From Pelomicrobium methylotrophicum (GTDB taxonomy: Bacteria; Pseudomonadota; Gammaproteobacteria; Burkholderiales; UBA6910), in contig NZ_VPFL01000012.1 of assembly GCF_008014345.1 (NCBI RefSeq), positions 1-24,000 of the forward strand: DNA of 24,000 nucleotides, given 5' to 3'. Under the pieces are notes generated by a model that worked only from the letters and a program-made list of their open reading frames with translations, had not been told where the DNA came from and searched no databases. Shown piece by piece: positions 12,629 to 21,266 of the stretch. The position numbers and the translations under genes were made by a program. How positions within the stretch are numbered: position 1 is the stretch's first letter; each line of letters starts with the position of its first letter.

Positions 12629-12913
12629 TCAGTGAACTTTCACAACCGCCTCGCGCAGGCGTCGCCACAGCGCCTCGATGATCACCATCGCGGCGTCGTC
12701 GGCGTGCCGGGTGCCCGTATCCGCCAGCAAGGCCTCGTTGCCCGACCACAAGCCAAAGTGGCTCCGAATCCACGCTCCCAATCCGAAGTGCAACATGATC
12801 AGATCGCACTCTGCCATCGCGGCAATCTTGGCCTTCTGATCCTCCGGCAGCAGCCCGAGGAGGACACCGACCGCCTGATCGACGGTTCGCGGCCATCGGA
12901 CCTCGTCACTCAT
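12629..12913 (-). CDS. Hypothetical protein, DUF6794-like (94 aa)
   Basis: It translates MSDEVRWPRTVDQAVGVLLGLLPEDQKAKIAAMAECDLIMLHFGLGAWIRSHFGLWSGNEALL. ATGA overlap with the upstream nuclease gene. The family name is from memory of the LHFGLG.WIRN.FGLW motif. Confidence 0.55.
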   Translation of the reverse strand: MSDEVRWPRTVDQAVGVLLGLLPEDQKAKIAAMAECDLIMLHFGLGAWIRSHFGLWSGNEALLADTGTRHADDAAMVIIEALWRRLREAVVKVH

Positions 12914-13461
12914 CGCATCGCCCTTCGCCATTCCCAGGGCGGCATCGGCTGGGTCTGCTCCCATAGACCCACCCGGCGCGAGCGCGCCTGCCACTCGGCA
13001 AGTTCATACTGCCGCGCATCTTCGGGCGATTGCTCGTGCGCGTACTTCCGATACCACCACGCCAGCCCGGCCTTCAGCTGCGCAAGCCCCGCATCCAGCG
13101 TCTTCGGACATGCGCCCGACCGGCAGCCTGGCTCCGCCACCATCACTTTGCCCACCACCCGCTGGAAGCGGTCGCGCTTGTGCCACTGCACCTCGACCGC
13201 CCTGCCGAAGACGAGTCCCGCCAAGGATTGTTTCGCGCGGCTGCCGAACGGCTGCCCCTTCTCCGGGGCGTCGATGCCGGCGAGCCTGACCCTGTGCTGC
13301 CGATGCGCTGAATCCAGCACCGTGATCGTGTCGCCGTCCGCTACGCCCACGACGGTGCCAATCAATACCTCTGCCCGGGCAGTTAGGCCCGTTGCCAGCA
13401 CGATCAAGACGAGCAGCAGTTCGATTGCCCGAATCGTCGTTGTCCCCTCTTTTGCTCTCAA
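12910..13461 (-). CDS. Secreted thermonuclease (staphylococcal-nuclease/SNase family)
   Basis: The signal-like N-terminus is followed by GTVVGVADGDTITVLD...RVRLAGIDAPEKGQPFG..AK..L...V.G. These are canonical SNase motifs. The start is a TTG and is uncertain. Confidence 0.85.
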   Translation of the reverse strand: MRAKEGTTTIRAIELLLVLIVLATGLTARAEVLIGTVVGVADGDTITVLDSAHRQHRVRLAGIDAPEKGQPFGSRAKQSLAGLVFGRAVEVQWHKRDRFQRVVGKVMVAEPGCRSGACPKTLDAGLAQLKAGLAWWYRKYAHEQSPEDARQYELAEWQARSRRVGLWEQTQPMPPWEWRRAMR

Positions 13462-13529
13462 ACCCGCAGTTCCGACCGATTACCGGCCATATTATCCCTG
13501 AAGGTTTGCACGACGTCTCGGGTGCCATC

Positions 13530-13712
13530 ATGACCATCGAACAGACTCCGCCCGATCTCTTGTCTTCCCGCCAGCGCGCCCGCGAGGCGGCCGCCCTCCT
13601 CGCCTTAGGGATCGCCCGCCTCTACGCCACCTTGCCGCAAGAGCACGAAATTTCCCTTGGCTTTCCGGCCCCCGAGCGCCTTCATACAAACCCCTCTCAA
13701 CCAGGCGTTTGA
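13530..13712 (+). CDS. Hypothetical small protein (60 aa)
   Basis: ATG at 13530. It translates MTIEQTPPDLLSSRQRAREAAALLALGIARLY... It ends 2 nt before the DUF2924 start. Confidence 0.4.
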   Translation: MTIEQTPPDLLSSRQRAREAAALLALGIARLYATLPQEHEISLGFPAPERLHTNPSQPGV

Positions 13713-13714
13713 CG

Positions 13715-14173
13715 ATGAAGGCAAGCGTTCAAGAACAATCCGTCGCGGCCCGCGTGGCCGCACTCGCCGACCTGCCGATGAACGAACTGTGGGCGTTGTG
13801 GGACCGGTACTTCCCACGCCGCCCCAGCCACCACAACCGCCACTACGTGGAGGCCCGTCTCGCCTACAAGCTCCAGGAAGAGGCCTTCGGCGCCTTGAAA
13901 CCCGAGGCCCGGGAACAGCTCCTGCGTATCGGCGAAGCGCACTCCAGGATCCAACGGCGCGCGCGCCGCGAGATTCACATCGTGCCCGGCACGGTGCTCG
14001 TCCGGGAGTACGGCGAGCGCGAGCACCGGGTAACCGCCTTGCCCGACGGCGGCTTCGACTACGAAGGGCGCCGCTTCAGGAGCCTGTCGGCGGTTGCCCG
14101 CTTCATCACCGGGCAACACTGGTCCGGACCGCTTTTCTTCGGGCTCGTCAAGCAGAAGCGGGAGCGCCGATGA
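13715..14173 (+). CDS. DUF2924-domain protein (recombinase-associated)
   Basis: It translates MKASVQEQSVAARVAALADLPMNELWALWDRYFPRRPSHHNRHYVEARLAYKLQEEAFGAL, the typical DUF2924 N-terminal pattern. Its stop overlaps the recombinase start (ATGA). Confidence 0.75.
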   Translation: MKASVQEQSVAARVAALADLPMNELWALWDRYFPRRPSHHNRHYVEARLAYKLQEEAFGALKPEAREQLLRIGEAHSRIQRRARREIHIVPGTVLVREYGEREHRVTALPDGGFDYEGRRFRSLSAVARFITGQHWSGPLFFGLVKQKRERR

Positions 14174-15303
14174 ACCCCGTGGTCCCCAAGAAGCGCTGCG
14201 CCGTCTACTGCCGGGTGTCCTCGGATGAGCGGCTCACCCAATCCTTCAACTCCCTCGATGCCCAGCGCGAGGCGGGGCGCGCTTATATCGCCAGCCAGCG
14301 GGCGGAAGGGTGGACGGCGGTCGAAGACGACTACGTCGATCCCGGCTACTCCGGCGGGACGCTCGAGCGCCCCGCGCTCCAGCGGCTGCTCGCCGACATC
14401 GAGGCCGGCCGCATCGACATCGTGGTGGTCTACAAGATCGACCGGCTCACGCGCTCCCTCACCGACTTCGCGCGCATGATCGAGCTCTTCGAGCGGCACG
14501 GGGTGTCGTTCGTGTCGGTCACCCAGCAGTTCAACACCACCACCTCCATGGGCCGGCTCATGCTCAACATCCTGCTCTCCTTTGCCCAGTTCGAGCGAGA
14601 GGTGACCGGCGAGCGCATCCGCGACAAGATCGCCGCCTCCAAGAAGAAAGGCCTCTGGATGGGCGGCCACGTGCCCCTAGGCTACGCGGTGAAGGATCGC
14701 AAGCTCCTCGTGGTCGAGCCGGAGGCGGAAATCGTGCGGCGCATCTTCCGGCGGTTCGTCGCGCTCAAGTCGGTCACCGAGCTCTCCCGGGAGCTCAAGG
14801 CGGAGGGCCTCACCACGAAGCCGATCCGGCTTAGGAACGGGTGCGTGCGGCCCGGCACGCCCATGGACAAGAAGTACCTCGCCAAGCTGCTGCGAAACCC
14901 CCTCTACGTGGGCGAGATCCGCCACAAGGGGAAGACCTACCCGGGGCAGCACGAGGCAATCATCGACCGGCCCCTGTGGGAAGAAGTGCAGGCGATCCTG
15001 GCCGAGGACGCCCATGGGCGCGCAGGACACACCCAGACCCGGCGCAAGACCGATGCGCTCCTGCGGGGGCTGCTCTACGACGAGAACGGCGTGAAGTACT
15101 ACCCCACCTTCTCCACCAAGCCCTCGGGCAAGCGCTACCGCTACTACCTGCCCAAGGCGCACGCCCGATACGGCGTCCGCACGAGCACGACCGGCCTCAT
15201 CCCGGCCGAGGAGATCGAGGCGGTGGTGGTGAACCTGCTTCTCTCCGCCCTGCAATCGCCCGAGTCGGTGCAGGCGGTGTGGCCGGACATGGCTCCACCT
15301 TGA
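14170..15303 (+). CDS. Large serine recombinase (resolvase + recombinase domains), probably C-terminally truncated (377 aa)
   Basis: It reads CAVYCRVSSDERLTQSFNSLDAQREA...YSGGTLERPALQRLL...IDIVVVYKIDRLTRSL...FAQFEREVTGERIRDK, then LRNPLYVGE. It ends about 50 aa after the KRYRYYLP segment, with no zinc-ribbon or coiled-coil region. Confidence 0.88.
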   Translation: MNPVVPKKRCAVYCRVSSDERLTQSFNSLDAQREAGRAYIASQRAEGWTAVEDDYVDPGYSGGTLERPALQRLLADIEAGRIDIVVVYKIDRLTRSLTDFARMIELFERHGVSFVSVTQQFNTTTSMGRLMLNILLSFAQFEREVTGERIRDKIAASKKKGLWMGGHVPLGYAVKDRKLLVVEPEAEIVRRIFRRFVALKSVTELSRELKAEGLTTKPIRLRNGCVRPGTPMDKKYLAKLLRNPLYVGEIRHKGKTYPGQHEAIIDRPLWEEVQAILAEDAHGRAGHTQTRRKTDALLRGLLYDENGVKYYPTFSTKPSGKRYRYYLPKAHARYGVRTSTTGLIPAEEIEAVVVNLLLSALQSPESVQAVWPDMAPP

Positions 15304-15340
15304 AACGGAAGACTTACGGCCAGGCGGCCAAGCAAGGCGA

Positions 15341-15942
15341 CTCTCAAGCCGCATTTGATAACGCCAGGCATTCGACAGCCAGTTCGACCTGTTCGGCCCC
15401 AACATCGCGCCAGTATTTCCCACCAGGCGCCTTGCGGTTCCACGCCATGCCAGAGGTATGCGGCATGGGAACGGCGAAAACGCCGTCCAGCACGCCATGA
15501 AGCCTCAAGATCGCCGGCTTGAGAATCGGGTGCGCATCCTTGGCAAGCAGCACCGGAGACTTCCTGGATCGCTCGATGTGCCAGTACAGCGGACCCGGAC
15601 CGAGAAACACTTCCGTCGCCGTGGTCCCGACCAGCAATAGAACCTTGGGGCGGGTCCTCAGCAGGAAAGCCGACAGCCACGGCAGGCAATGGTCGATCTC
15701 GGCCTTGGAGGGCTTCCGGTTGGCAGGCGGGCGGCACCGGACGATGTTGCCACGCCTTAGTCGCGGTTACGCTCCAGGCCACGCCGCCACAGCATGGCGT
15801 CGAGCACACGGCCGGCCTGCCCAACGAACCCCTCTCCGATCTCGTCCTCCTCAGCGCCGGGCGCCTCCCCAATGGCAAGCAGACCACCCGGCGGACAGGG
15901 CGTGGGAAAAACCGATCCGCGCGCGGCTTACGACAAGCCCAT
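15341..15942 (-). pseudogene. Family-4-like uracil-DNA glycosylase, decayed (stops + frameshift)
   Basis: Minus-strand translation gives ...LLAIGEAPGAEEDEIGEGFVGQAGRVLDAML...RNRD*, with the in-frame TAA at 15757-15759. A frame change follows, then GNIVRCRPPANRKPSKAEIDHCLPWL...LLLVGTTATEVFLG...MPHTSGMAWN. A further in-frame TAA is at 15928-15930. The N-terminal CxxC region is missing. Confidence 0.65.
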
Positions 15943-15956
15943 CACACAGCCGGCAC

Positions 15957-17015
15957 TCAGGCTCTTGACTCAATTTCCGCTTGCAGTCCTCGATCATCAC
16001 CCCTGCCTCGCTTCAGACCTTCTACGAGCGGCCCCAGATACGCCCCCGCCTTGTACGGGTCCGAATGCCCCGCCCGCTCCACCACCTCCCGCATCGCTAG
16101 CTCAAGAAGCCCCGGATCGTAGCCCCCGCCTCCCTTCACCGGCGCCGGGCGCCCGGTGATCCTCTCGAACATCCGCTGCAGATACTGGTGCCGAAGCCCG
16201 TGGCTCGTCACCTTCAACCCCTCCTCCCGCGAAATCCCCGACCTGCGCACCACGTAGTAGTAACGGTTCCTCCACCCCTCCAGCGTGTACTTCCTCGGAA
16301 TCATCGTCCCGGAGGCCGACACCGCCAGATCCGCCGCTCGCGACAGCACCTCCACCTGCACCACCTCGTCCAGGCTCACCTCCCGGGGACGCCCGCCCTT
16401 GGTGCCATGCTCCACCCGCACCCGCTCCCGCTCCAAGGCTTGCTTGAGCGCCTGCACCGGACGCAGGAGAAAGGACTCCTCCACCCGCAGCCCCAAGGCC
16501 CACTGCAGCTCCAACTGCATCGCCACCACCCGGTCAAGGCGCGACACCCGCTCGATGACATCCAGCGGATCCACCCCCTTGGCCTCCCAACTTTTGTCTT
16601 CCTTCGCATACGAGGTCCGACGAAACGCTTCCGGATCGGAAGCGTACGCCCGGCTTTCCTTCACCATGCCCCGCTTGCCCGCCCAGGCCGCCAGCGTCCG
16701 AAGATAGGAGAGCTTGTTGTCGATGGTGCCCACCGCATCGCCCCTCGCCTCCCACGCGCGCACCAGCGCCCGCACGTGCTCCTCCCGCAGGTTGTAGACC
16801 GATTGCAGCCGGTAGCCGATCTCATGCAGGTCCCGAAAACAGGCACACAGGTTCACAAAGCGCCGGTAGGCGGTCTTGTAGCTCACAGGCTTCTGGGTGA
16901 AACGCTTCTTCGCACTCTCGTGATTGTGCCGCCTGAACAGATCCTCCAGCTCCGCGCGCAACCTGCCCGGCAACCCGTACCTCGCAAGCTCATCTCGATA
17001 GTCCAGCTTGATCAT
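15957..17015 (-). CDS. Tyrosine recombinase/integrase (phage-integrase family)
   Basis: It contains ...ALGLRVEE...GGRPREV...SHGLRHQYLQ...AGHSDPYKAGAYL, which gives the R...HxxR...H...Y catalytic signature. ATG at 17013-17015 lies 5 nt after GGAGG. Confidence 0.85.
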   Translation of the reverse strand: MIKLDYRDELARYGLPGRLRAELEDLFRRHNHESAKKRFTQKPVSYKTAYRRFVNLCACFRDLHEIGYRLQSVYNLREEHVRALVRAWEARGDAVGTIDNKLSYLRTLAAWAGKRGMVKESRAYASDPEAFRRTSYAKEDKSWEAKGVDPLDVIERVSRLDRVVAMQLELQWALGLRVEESFLLRPVQALKQALERERVRVEHGTKGGRPREVSLDEVVQVEVLSRAADLAVSASGTMIPRKYTLEGWRNRYYYVVRRSGISREEGLKVTSHGLRHQYLQRMFERITGRPAPVKGGGGYDPGLLELAMREVVERAGHSDPYKAGAYLGPLVEGLKRGRGDDRGLQAEIESRA

Positions 17016-17914
17016 GTCAGCCTCCAATCACACCCTTGCCCACCGGCGGCACTCCAGGCAGCCGCCACGCCTCCCCTCGCAGTCAGCGACGTTTCGATCC
17101 GGACGGCAGGCATGCGGGGACATGTCCACCGTGCGCATGAAAAGCGCTCCAGCCGGCCTCGACCGGCTGTCGGTCGGCTCATTTGTCAAGCGCCCGCCGT
17201 GAGCGCCATCAATTCCTGAACCGCCGCAGCGGCCTCCCGCGCACTGCCCGACCTCACCCGGCGCAGAGCCCCAATCCATCGGGGACGGCTCAAGCTCGAT
17301 CAGGCGGCCCATCGCACGCCTTGGGCGCGGGATTCAAGATTTCTTCAGTGGCGAGATTTGCTGAAACGTCGCCTCCAGGGCTTAAAAAATCCTTTTGCCC
17401 TCGGAAGCTACGTCGCAACCCTCACCCTTCAGTGTTACTCATTCAGTCTTCCGCCAACGCGATGACGCCTTCTGGGAGATCACCGCGGTCTCCACTCCCA
17501 AGACTGCAGAGCAGGCTTCGCAAGGTGGAAGGCGGAAAACCGATGAGACGCCGCCCTGCAGGCAGCGAGACGATGCCGGGAGACCTCCCGGCGGGGTGAA
17601 ACCTCCGCTGCAAAGCCGAAGATCAGGGTTCGCAGCGCGGGGAAGGGATCCTTGTGATCTGCCGTGACGGTAGCAGATTTTTCTCGGACCGACTCGGCCA
17701 AAAGCGTGCATCGAACCCAACGCTTTCGCCGGGTTCCAGGGCGGCGGATCCAGGAAAATGCGTCTGCCGTGTCCGGTTCTCGCCGCTCTTTCAAGGCGTT
17801 GGGAATTTCCCGGCACGGGGCTGCCGGTTGAGCGCCCATTTTTTGAGGTCCTGTTCTTTTTTGGGCGCCCAGACGGCGATTTGAGACCGGATTATTCGCA
17901 GGAGGTTGACCCGC

Positions 17915-18922
17915 TTGGAAAAATTCATCGTCCGATCCGTCGATGTCGGCTACGGCTACACCAAGTTCGTCCTGGGCCGAACCCCGCAGGGCGACTATGT
18001 CTGCGAGAGCTTTCCGTCGGTGGTGGCCTTCGCCCAGAAAAAGACCCTGGGCGGTGGGTTCTTCGCCGAACGATCCACCCTCACGGTGTTGCACAACGGG
18101 GTCGAGTACGAGGTTGGGCCCGACGTGCTGCTCGCCACCGGCGCTTATGGATCTAGGAACCTCGATCTCGGCTACGTCCAGACCGACACCTACCAGATCC
18201 TGCTCAAGGGGGCGCTCAAGCGCATCGGGCTGCCCAGGATCGACGTGCTGGTGCTCGGCGCGCCGGTGGCCACCTACGATCAGGCGAGGGAGCACCTTCG
18301 GCGCGCCTTCAGCGGCAGGATCGCGCTGGACCGCGCCCAGGAGGTCGTCGTGGGCAAGGTCCTGGTGCTGCCCCAGCCCCTCGGAGGCTATGCCTGGCAC
18401 GGGCATGTCAGCGGCTCCTACGGCCGCATCCGCAGCCAGCTCAATCTCCTGATCGACCCCGGTTACTTCACCCTGGATTGGCTGGTCGCCCGGGGCACCA
18501 CCATCGCCCCGGCGAGAAGCGGCAGCCACCCGGCCGGCATGTCGGCGCTGGTGCGCGCCATCGCCTCGGAGATTTCCCGGGAGACGGGCGAGGAGGTCAC
18601 GAGCCTTCTGCTGTGGGAGTCGATCGAACGCGCCCTCTACGCCGAGGAGCCCCTGCACCTGGACGGCCGCCCCTACGACCTCACGCGCCATCTGGGGGCG
18701 GTGAACCAGCTGCTCGCTCAGGCCGCGGAGGTGCTTGCCTCCAGGGTGGGCGACGCCAAGGACATTCAGAACGTGATCCTGGTCGGAGGGCCGGCGAGGC
18801 TCTATGAGCCGGCGTTGAAGCGGGCGCTCCATGGCAAGCTGATCCAGATCGCGCAGGACCCGCAGTTTGCCAACGTGAAGGGCTTCCAGCGCGTGGGCGA
18901 AGACATCGCGGAGCGGCTGTGA
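17915..18922 (+). CDS. parM: ParM/StbA-family actin-like segregation ATPase
   Basis: It contains SVDVGYGYTKF ... LIDPGYFTLDW ... VILVGGPA, the actin-fold phosphate-1, phosphate-2 and adenosine motifs. The TTG at 17915 lies 9 nt after AGGAGG (17900-17905). The track start at 17906 abuts the SD. Confidence 0.8.
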   Translation: MEKFIVRSVDVGYGYTKFVLGRTPQGDYVCESFPSVVAFAQKKTLGGGFFAERSTLTVLHNGVEYEVGPDVLLATGAYGSRNLDLGYVQTDTYQILLKGALKRIGLPRIDVLVLGAPVATYDQAREHLRRAFSGRIALDRAQEVVVGKVLVLPQPLGGYAWHGHVSGSYGRIRSQLNLLIDPGYFTLDWLVARGTTIAPARSGSHPAGMSALVRAIASEISRETGEEVTSLLLWESIERALYAEEPLHLDGRPYDLTRHLGAVNQLLAQAAEVLASRVGDAKDIQNVILVGGPARLYEPALKRALHGKLIQIAQDPQFANVKGFQRVGEDIAERL

Positions 18923-19233
18923 CAGAAGGGGTTCGCCGGCGGGGCAGGCCCCGTCTTGACGCGGCGGCGATTCGCATCCGGTGCGCCATTACCCGCGATG
19001 CTCATCCTGTGCTCTACGACGCGTTGCTCAATGTCAAGGGGAGAAAACGTCAGGAGCGCCTGCGCAACCTTGCCCAGCTCGGGGCCATGGTCGAGGCGGG
19101 CGCGTTCCGGCTCTCGCCGGAAGAGCCTCCGAAACCGGCTGAGGCCATGCAGAGGAAGCCTCGTTCCGTGACGGCCCGGGACGAATCCGCGCCCGCGAAA
19201 ATCGGCGACGACTTCCTCGGCTTCGGACTCTGA
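18919..19233 (+). CDS. ParR-like partition adaptor (candidate)
   Basis: GTGA overlap with the parM stop. The N-terminus is basic (RRRGRPRLDAAAIRIRCAI, RHH-like) and the tail is acidic/hydrophobic (DDFLGFGL). Position and size fit ParR. Confidence 0.5.
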   Translation: MTEGVRRRGRPRLDAAAIRIRCAITRDAHPVLYDALLNVKGRKRQERLRNLAQLGAMVEAGAFRLSPEEPPKPAEAMQRKPRSVTARDESAPAKIGDDFLGFGL

Positions 19234-19239
19234 GTCTTC

Positions 19240-20217
19240 GTGATGAGGCAAGGCATCGATCCTGCGGTTCGGCCGTTTGTGCTGGCGCTCAACAAAACGG
19301 GCCGCTTCCGCACGTTCGCCTCCTGCCAGGGACACCCGTTGCGTCCGTCCTGGCCTTACGTTGCGTTTTACGGGGCGCTCGAGGACGCTCAGCGCCTGGA
19401 ACGCATGCTGCGCCGAGCTTGGGCGCAGGGGCGCTTCAACTACGAATGGGAGGTATCCGGCCACTTCGACGGCTATTGCCGCCCGTCGTTCATGGTCCAG
19501 ATTTTCGACCTGCAAAACGATTCCTCGCGAACATCACTTCGTGTCGGAAAGATAAGGAATGACTTCCTGGCATTAGCTGGCGTCGTGGAACAGTTCCAGG
19601 AGCGCAACGAGGGATCCGAGGCGAATCTCATAGGCAAGGAAAAGAATGGCGGCAGCCGCGATGCCAAAACCGACCGTGACGCGCAGTTTCTCCAGGCGCT
19701 CCTGGCGAATGGCCCTCGGACCGGGGCGCCCGCATCCTGGACATCTGGACGCTTCCGAGATATGTTTTCCGCAATTTTCGCATGGCACGGATGCCGCGGA
19801 AGCCTCCCCTACCCGTTACAAGCCGATATACGAACCGAAAACCTACTGGATCTTTCAAGATGGTGTCGATTCGTGGATGGCTATGATCCGCTTAATTTGC
19901 GAAGTGTGGAAGGAAGGCTTTGCTGCCTCGGGTACGAAGGCGCAGGCGGCTGGCTGTCGCTGCGCGGAAACGCACGCTGGTTCCTGTTCTCCGGAGAACT
20001 GGATCTCATGGCGCGCCTTGTCGCCAGGATGAGACGGGCGCAACACGCAGAGCCGCAAGCGCTTCAAGTCCATTGGGAGGCCTCAGTCCGGTTCGACGTC
20101 GCGATGAATCCGATACTCGTTCTGTACTGGGTTGGCGATCGTGGCTGCCATGAGGATGCAGGAACAGACATGGCGATCATTGCGCGCTGGTTTCTCGATA
20201 TCGTTGATAAAACATGA
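19240..20217 (+). CDS. Hypothetical protein (325 aa; internal region uncertain)
   Basis: The ORF is uninterrupted. The N-terminal (MRQGIDPAVRPFVLALNKTGRFRTFASCQGHP...) and C-terminal parts look protein-like. The middle (about 19570-19790) is antisense to a zinc-ribbon-like ORF. Confidence 0.45.
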   Translation: MMRQGIDPAVRPFVLALNKTGRFRTFASCQGHPLRPSWPYVAFYGALEDAQRLERMLRRAWAQGRFNYEWEVSGHFDGYCRPSFMVQIFDLQNDSSRTSLRVGKIRNDFLALAGVVEQFQERNEGSEANLIGKEKNGGSRDAKTDRDAQFLQALLANGPRTGAPASWTSGRFRDMFSAIFAWHGCRGSLPYPLQADIRTENLLDLSRWCRFVDGYDPLNLRSVEGRLCCLGYEGAGGWLSLRGNARWFLFSGELDLMARLVARMRRAQHAEPQALQVHWEASVRFDVAMNPILVLYWVGDRGCHEDAGTDMAIIARWFLDIVDKT

Positions 20218-20591
20218 CATTTCTTTCCCGTCGCGTTGCAACCCGTAGCGCGTGGATGCATGTCAAGAAACCCCAGTGGTCTGCCATGCCCGTTCTGGAC
20301 GTGCGCAATCTGTCGCCGGAAATCGTCTCGCGCCTCGCCGACGATTACGATGCGCTGTGCGACAAGGAGCTTCTGGCGCTCGCCAAGCTGGATGTCGATC
20401 CCATCCGCGCAAGGATTGACGACGCCCTGTCGGACGCTCTGGGCCTGCCGGACTTAGCGCCGTTGCGCGAGCTCCTTGCCAGAGAGCCTGGGCTTACCGG
20501 GACTTCGCTGTCCAGGAAGCCGGAGCAGACGGAGATGTTCTCCGGCGTGAAGGATGCGCGGGGCGCGGCGGCGCAGCTTCGGCTCATCTGA
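20214..20591 (+). CDS. Hypothetical protein (125 aa)
   Basis: ATGA overlap with the upstream ORF. It translates ...WSAMPVLDVRNLSPEIVSRLADDYDALCDKELLALAKLDVDPIRARIDDALSDALGLP... Confidence 0.45.
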   Translation: MTFLSRRVATRSAWMHVKKPQWSAMPVLDVRNLSPEIVSRLADDYDALCDKELLALAKLDVDPIRARIDDALSDALGLPDLAPLRELLAREPGLTGTSLSRKPEQTEMFSGVKDARGAAAQLRLI

Positions 20592-20663
20592 TCGTTCGGA
20601 CTTGACAGAACCCCTTTTCATGCTCAAATCATGCCTGGGCTTTGGTTGAAAGAAAGGAGACTT

Positions 20664-21266
20664 ATGAGAAAACTTCTTCTTGCCCCCCTACTGCTCGCCG
20701 CGGCGCTCGCGGCGGGGTGTGTTTCTGTCCCGGCCACCGAACCTGGATTGCGTATCGAGGTGCCAAAGGGACAGCGGATCGTGGTGCTTGTGACCGCCAC
20801 CACGAGAACGGGGAGTCGCGGATACGAAACGGAGCTTGAAGGCGAGAAGCGCATTCGCGAATCGGACAAGATTCGTTACGGGCTCGAATATCCAGAGGAC
20901 TGGGAGTGGGCGAAGGGGCGGTACAGCTGGGACGCGTTTTGGGGCCTGAAAAACGAATTCGGGTTCTTCATCCCGAAGAAGTGGCAGGTGGAGCCTGGGG
21001 ACTACGTGGAGATCGAATCCGGCGGTCCGGACTATCGGGCGAAGGCCATCCGGGTCGTCACCCGCTGGGACGACCCGCGCCCCGGAGGCTGCTACTGGCC
21101 GAGGAAGTCGGCCAACCCCCAGGGCACCCTGAGCACCTTCACCGTGGTGTGCCCGGAGAGCGATCCCGAGGCGCCGAAGTACCGGAGGGCGGTGCGCGAA
21201 TCGGGCCTGCGGTGGGGCGTGAAACCCCTTCCGCCTGAGGACCGGGCGAAGGCGGTGGATCAGTAA
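20664..21266 (+). CDS. Lipoprotein (200 aa)
   Basis: AAAGGAGA lies 5 nt upstream of the ATG. It begins MRKLLLAPLLLAAALAAGC, with an LAAGC lipobox. Confidence 0.75.
   Translation: MRKLLLAPLLLAAALAAGCVSVPATEPGLRIEVPKGQRIVVLVTATTRTGSRGYETELEGEKRIRESDKIRYGLEYPEDWEWAKGRYSWDAFWGLKNEFGFFIPKKWQVEPGDYVEIESGGPDYRAKAIRVVTRWDDPRPGGCYWPRKSANPQGTLSTFTVVCPESDPEAPKYRRAVRESGLRWGVKPLPPEDRAKAVDQ

Noticed and set aside
12632-13501. 289-aa plus-strand ORF (and 11926-12681 on the plus strand)
   Set aside because: These are antisense to the nuclease, DUF6794-like and SRAP genes, all of which have strong family motifs.
13657-14169. N-terminal 171-aa extension of the recombinase reading frame
   Set aside because: It is Arg/Pro-rich and overlaps the DUF2924 gene in another frame. 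The resolvase domain begins right after the ATG at 14170, which overlaps the DUF2924 stop.
16188-17219. 343-aa plus-strand ORF
   Set aside because: It is antisense to the tyrosine integrase and is a His/Pro/Arg/Leu-rich shadow.
17480-18832. 450-aa ORF on the minus strand
   Set aside because: It is antisense to the ParM-like gene, which has clear actin-fold motifs. It has no SD and a low-complexity composition.
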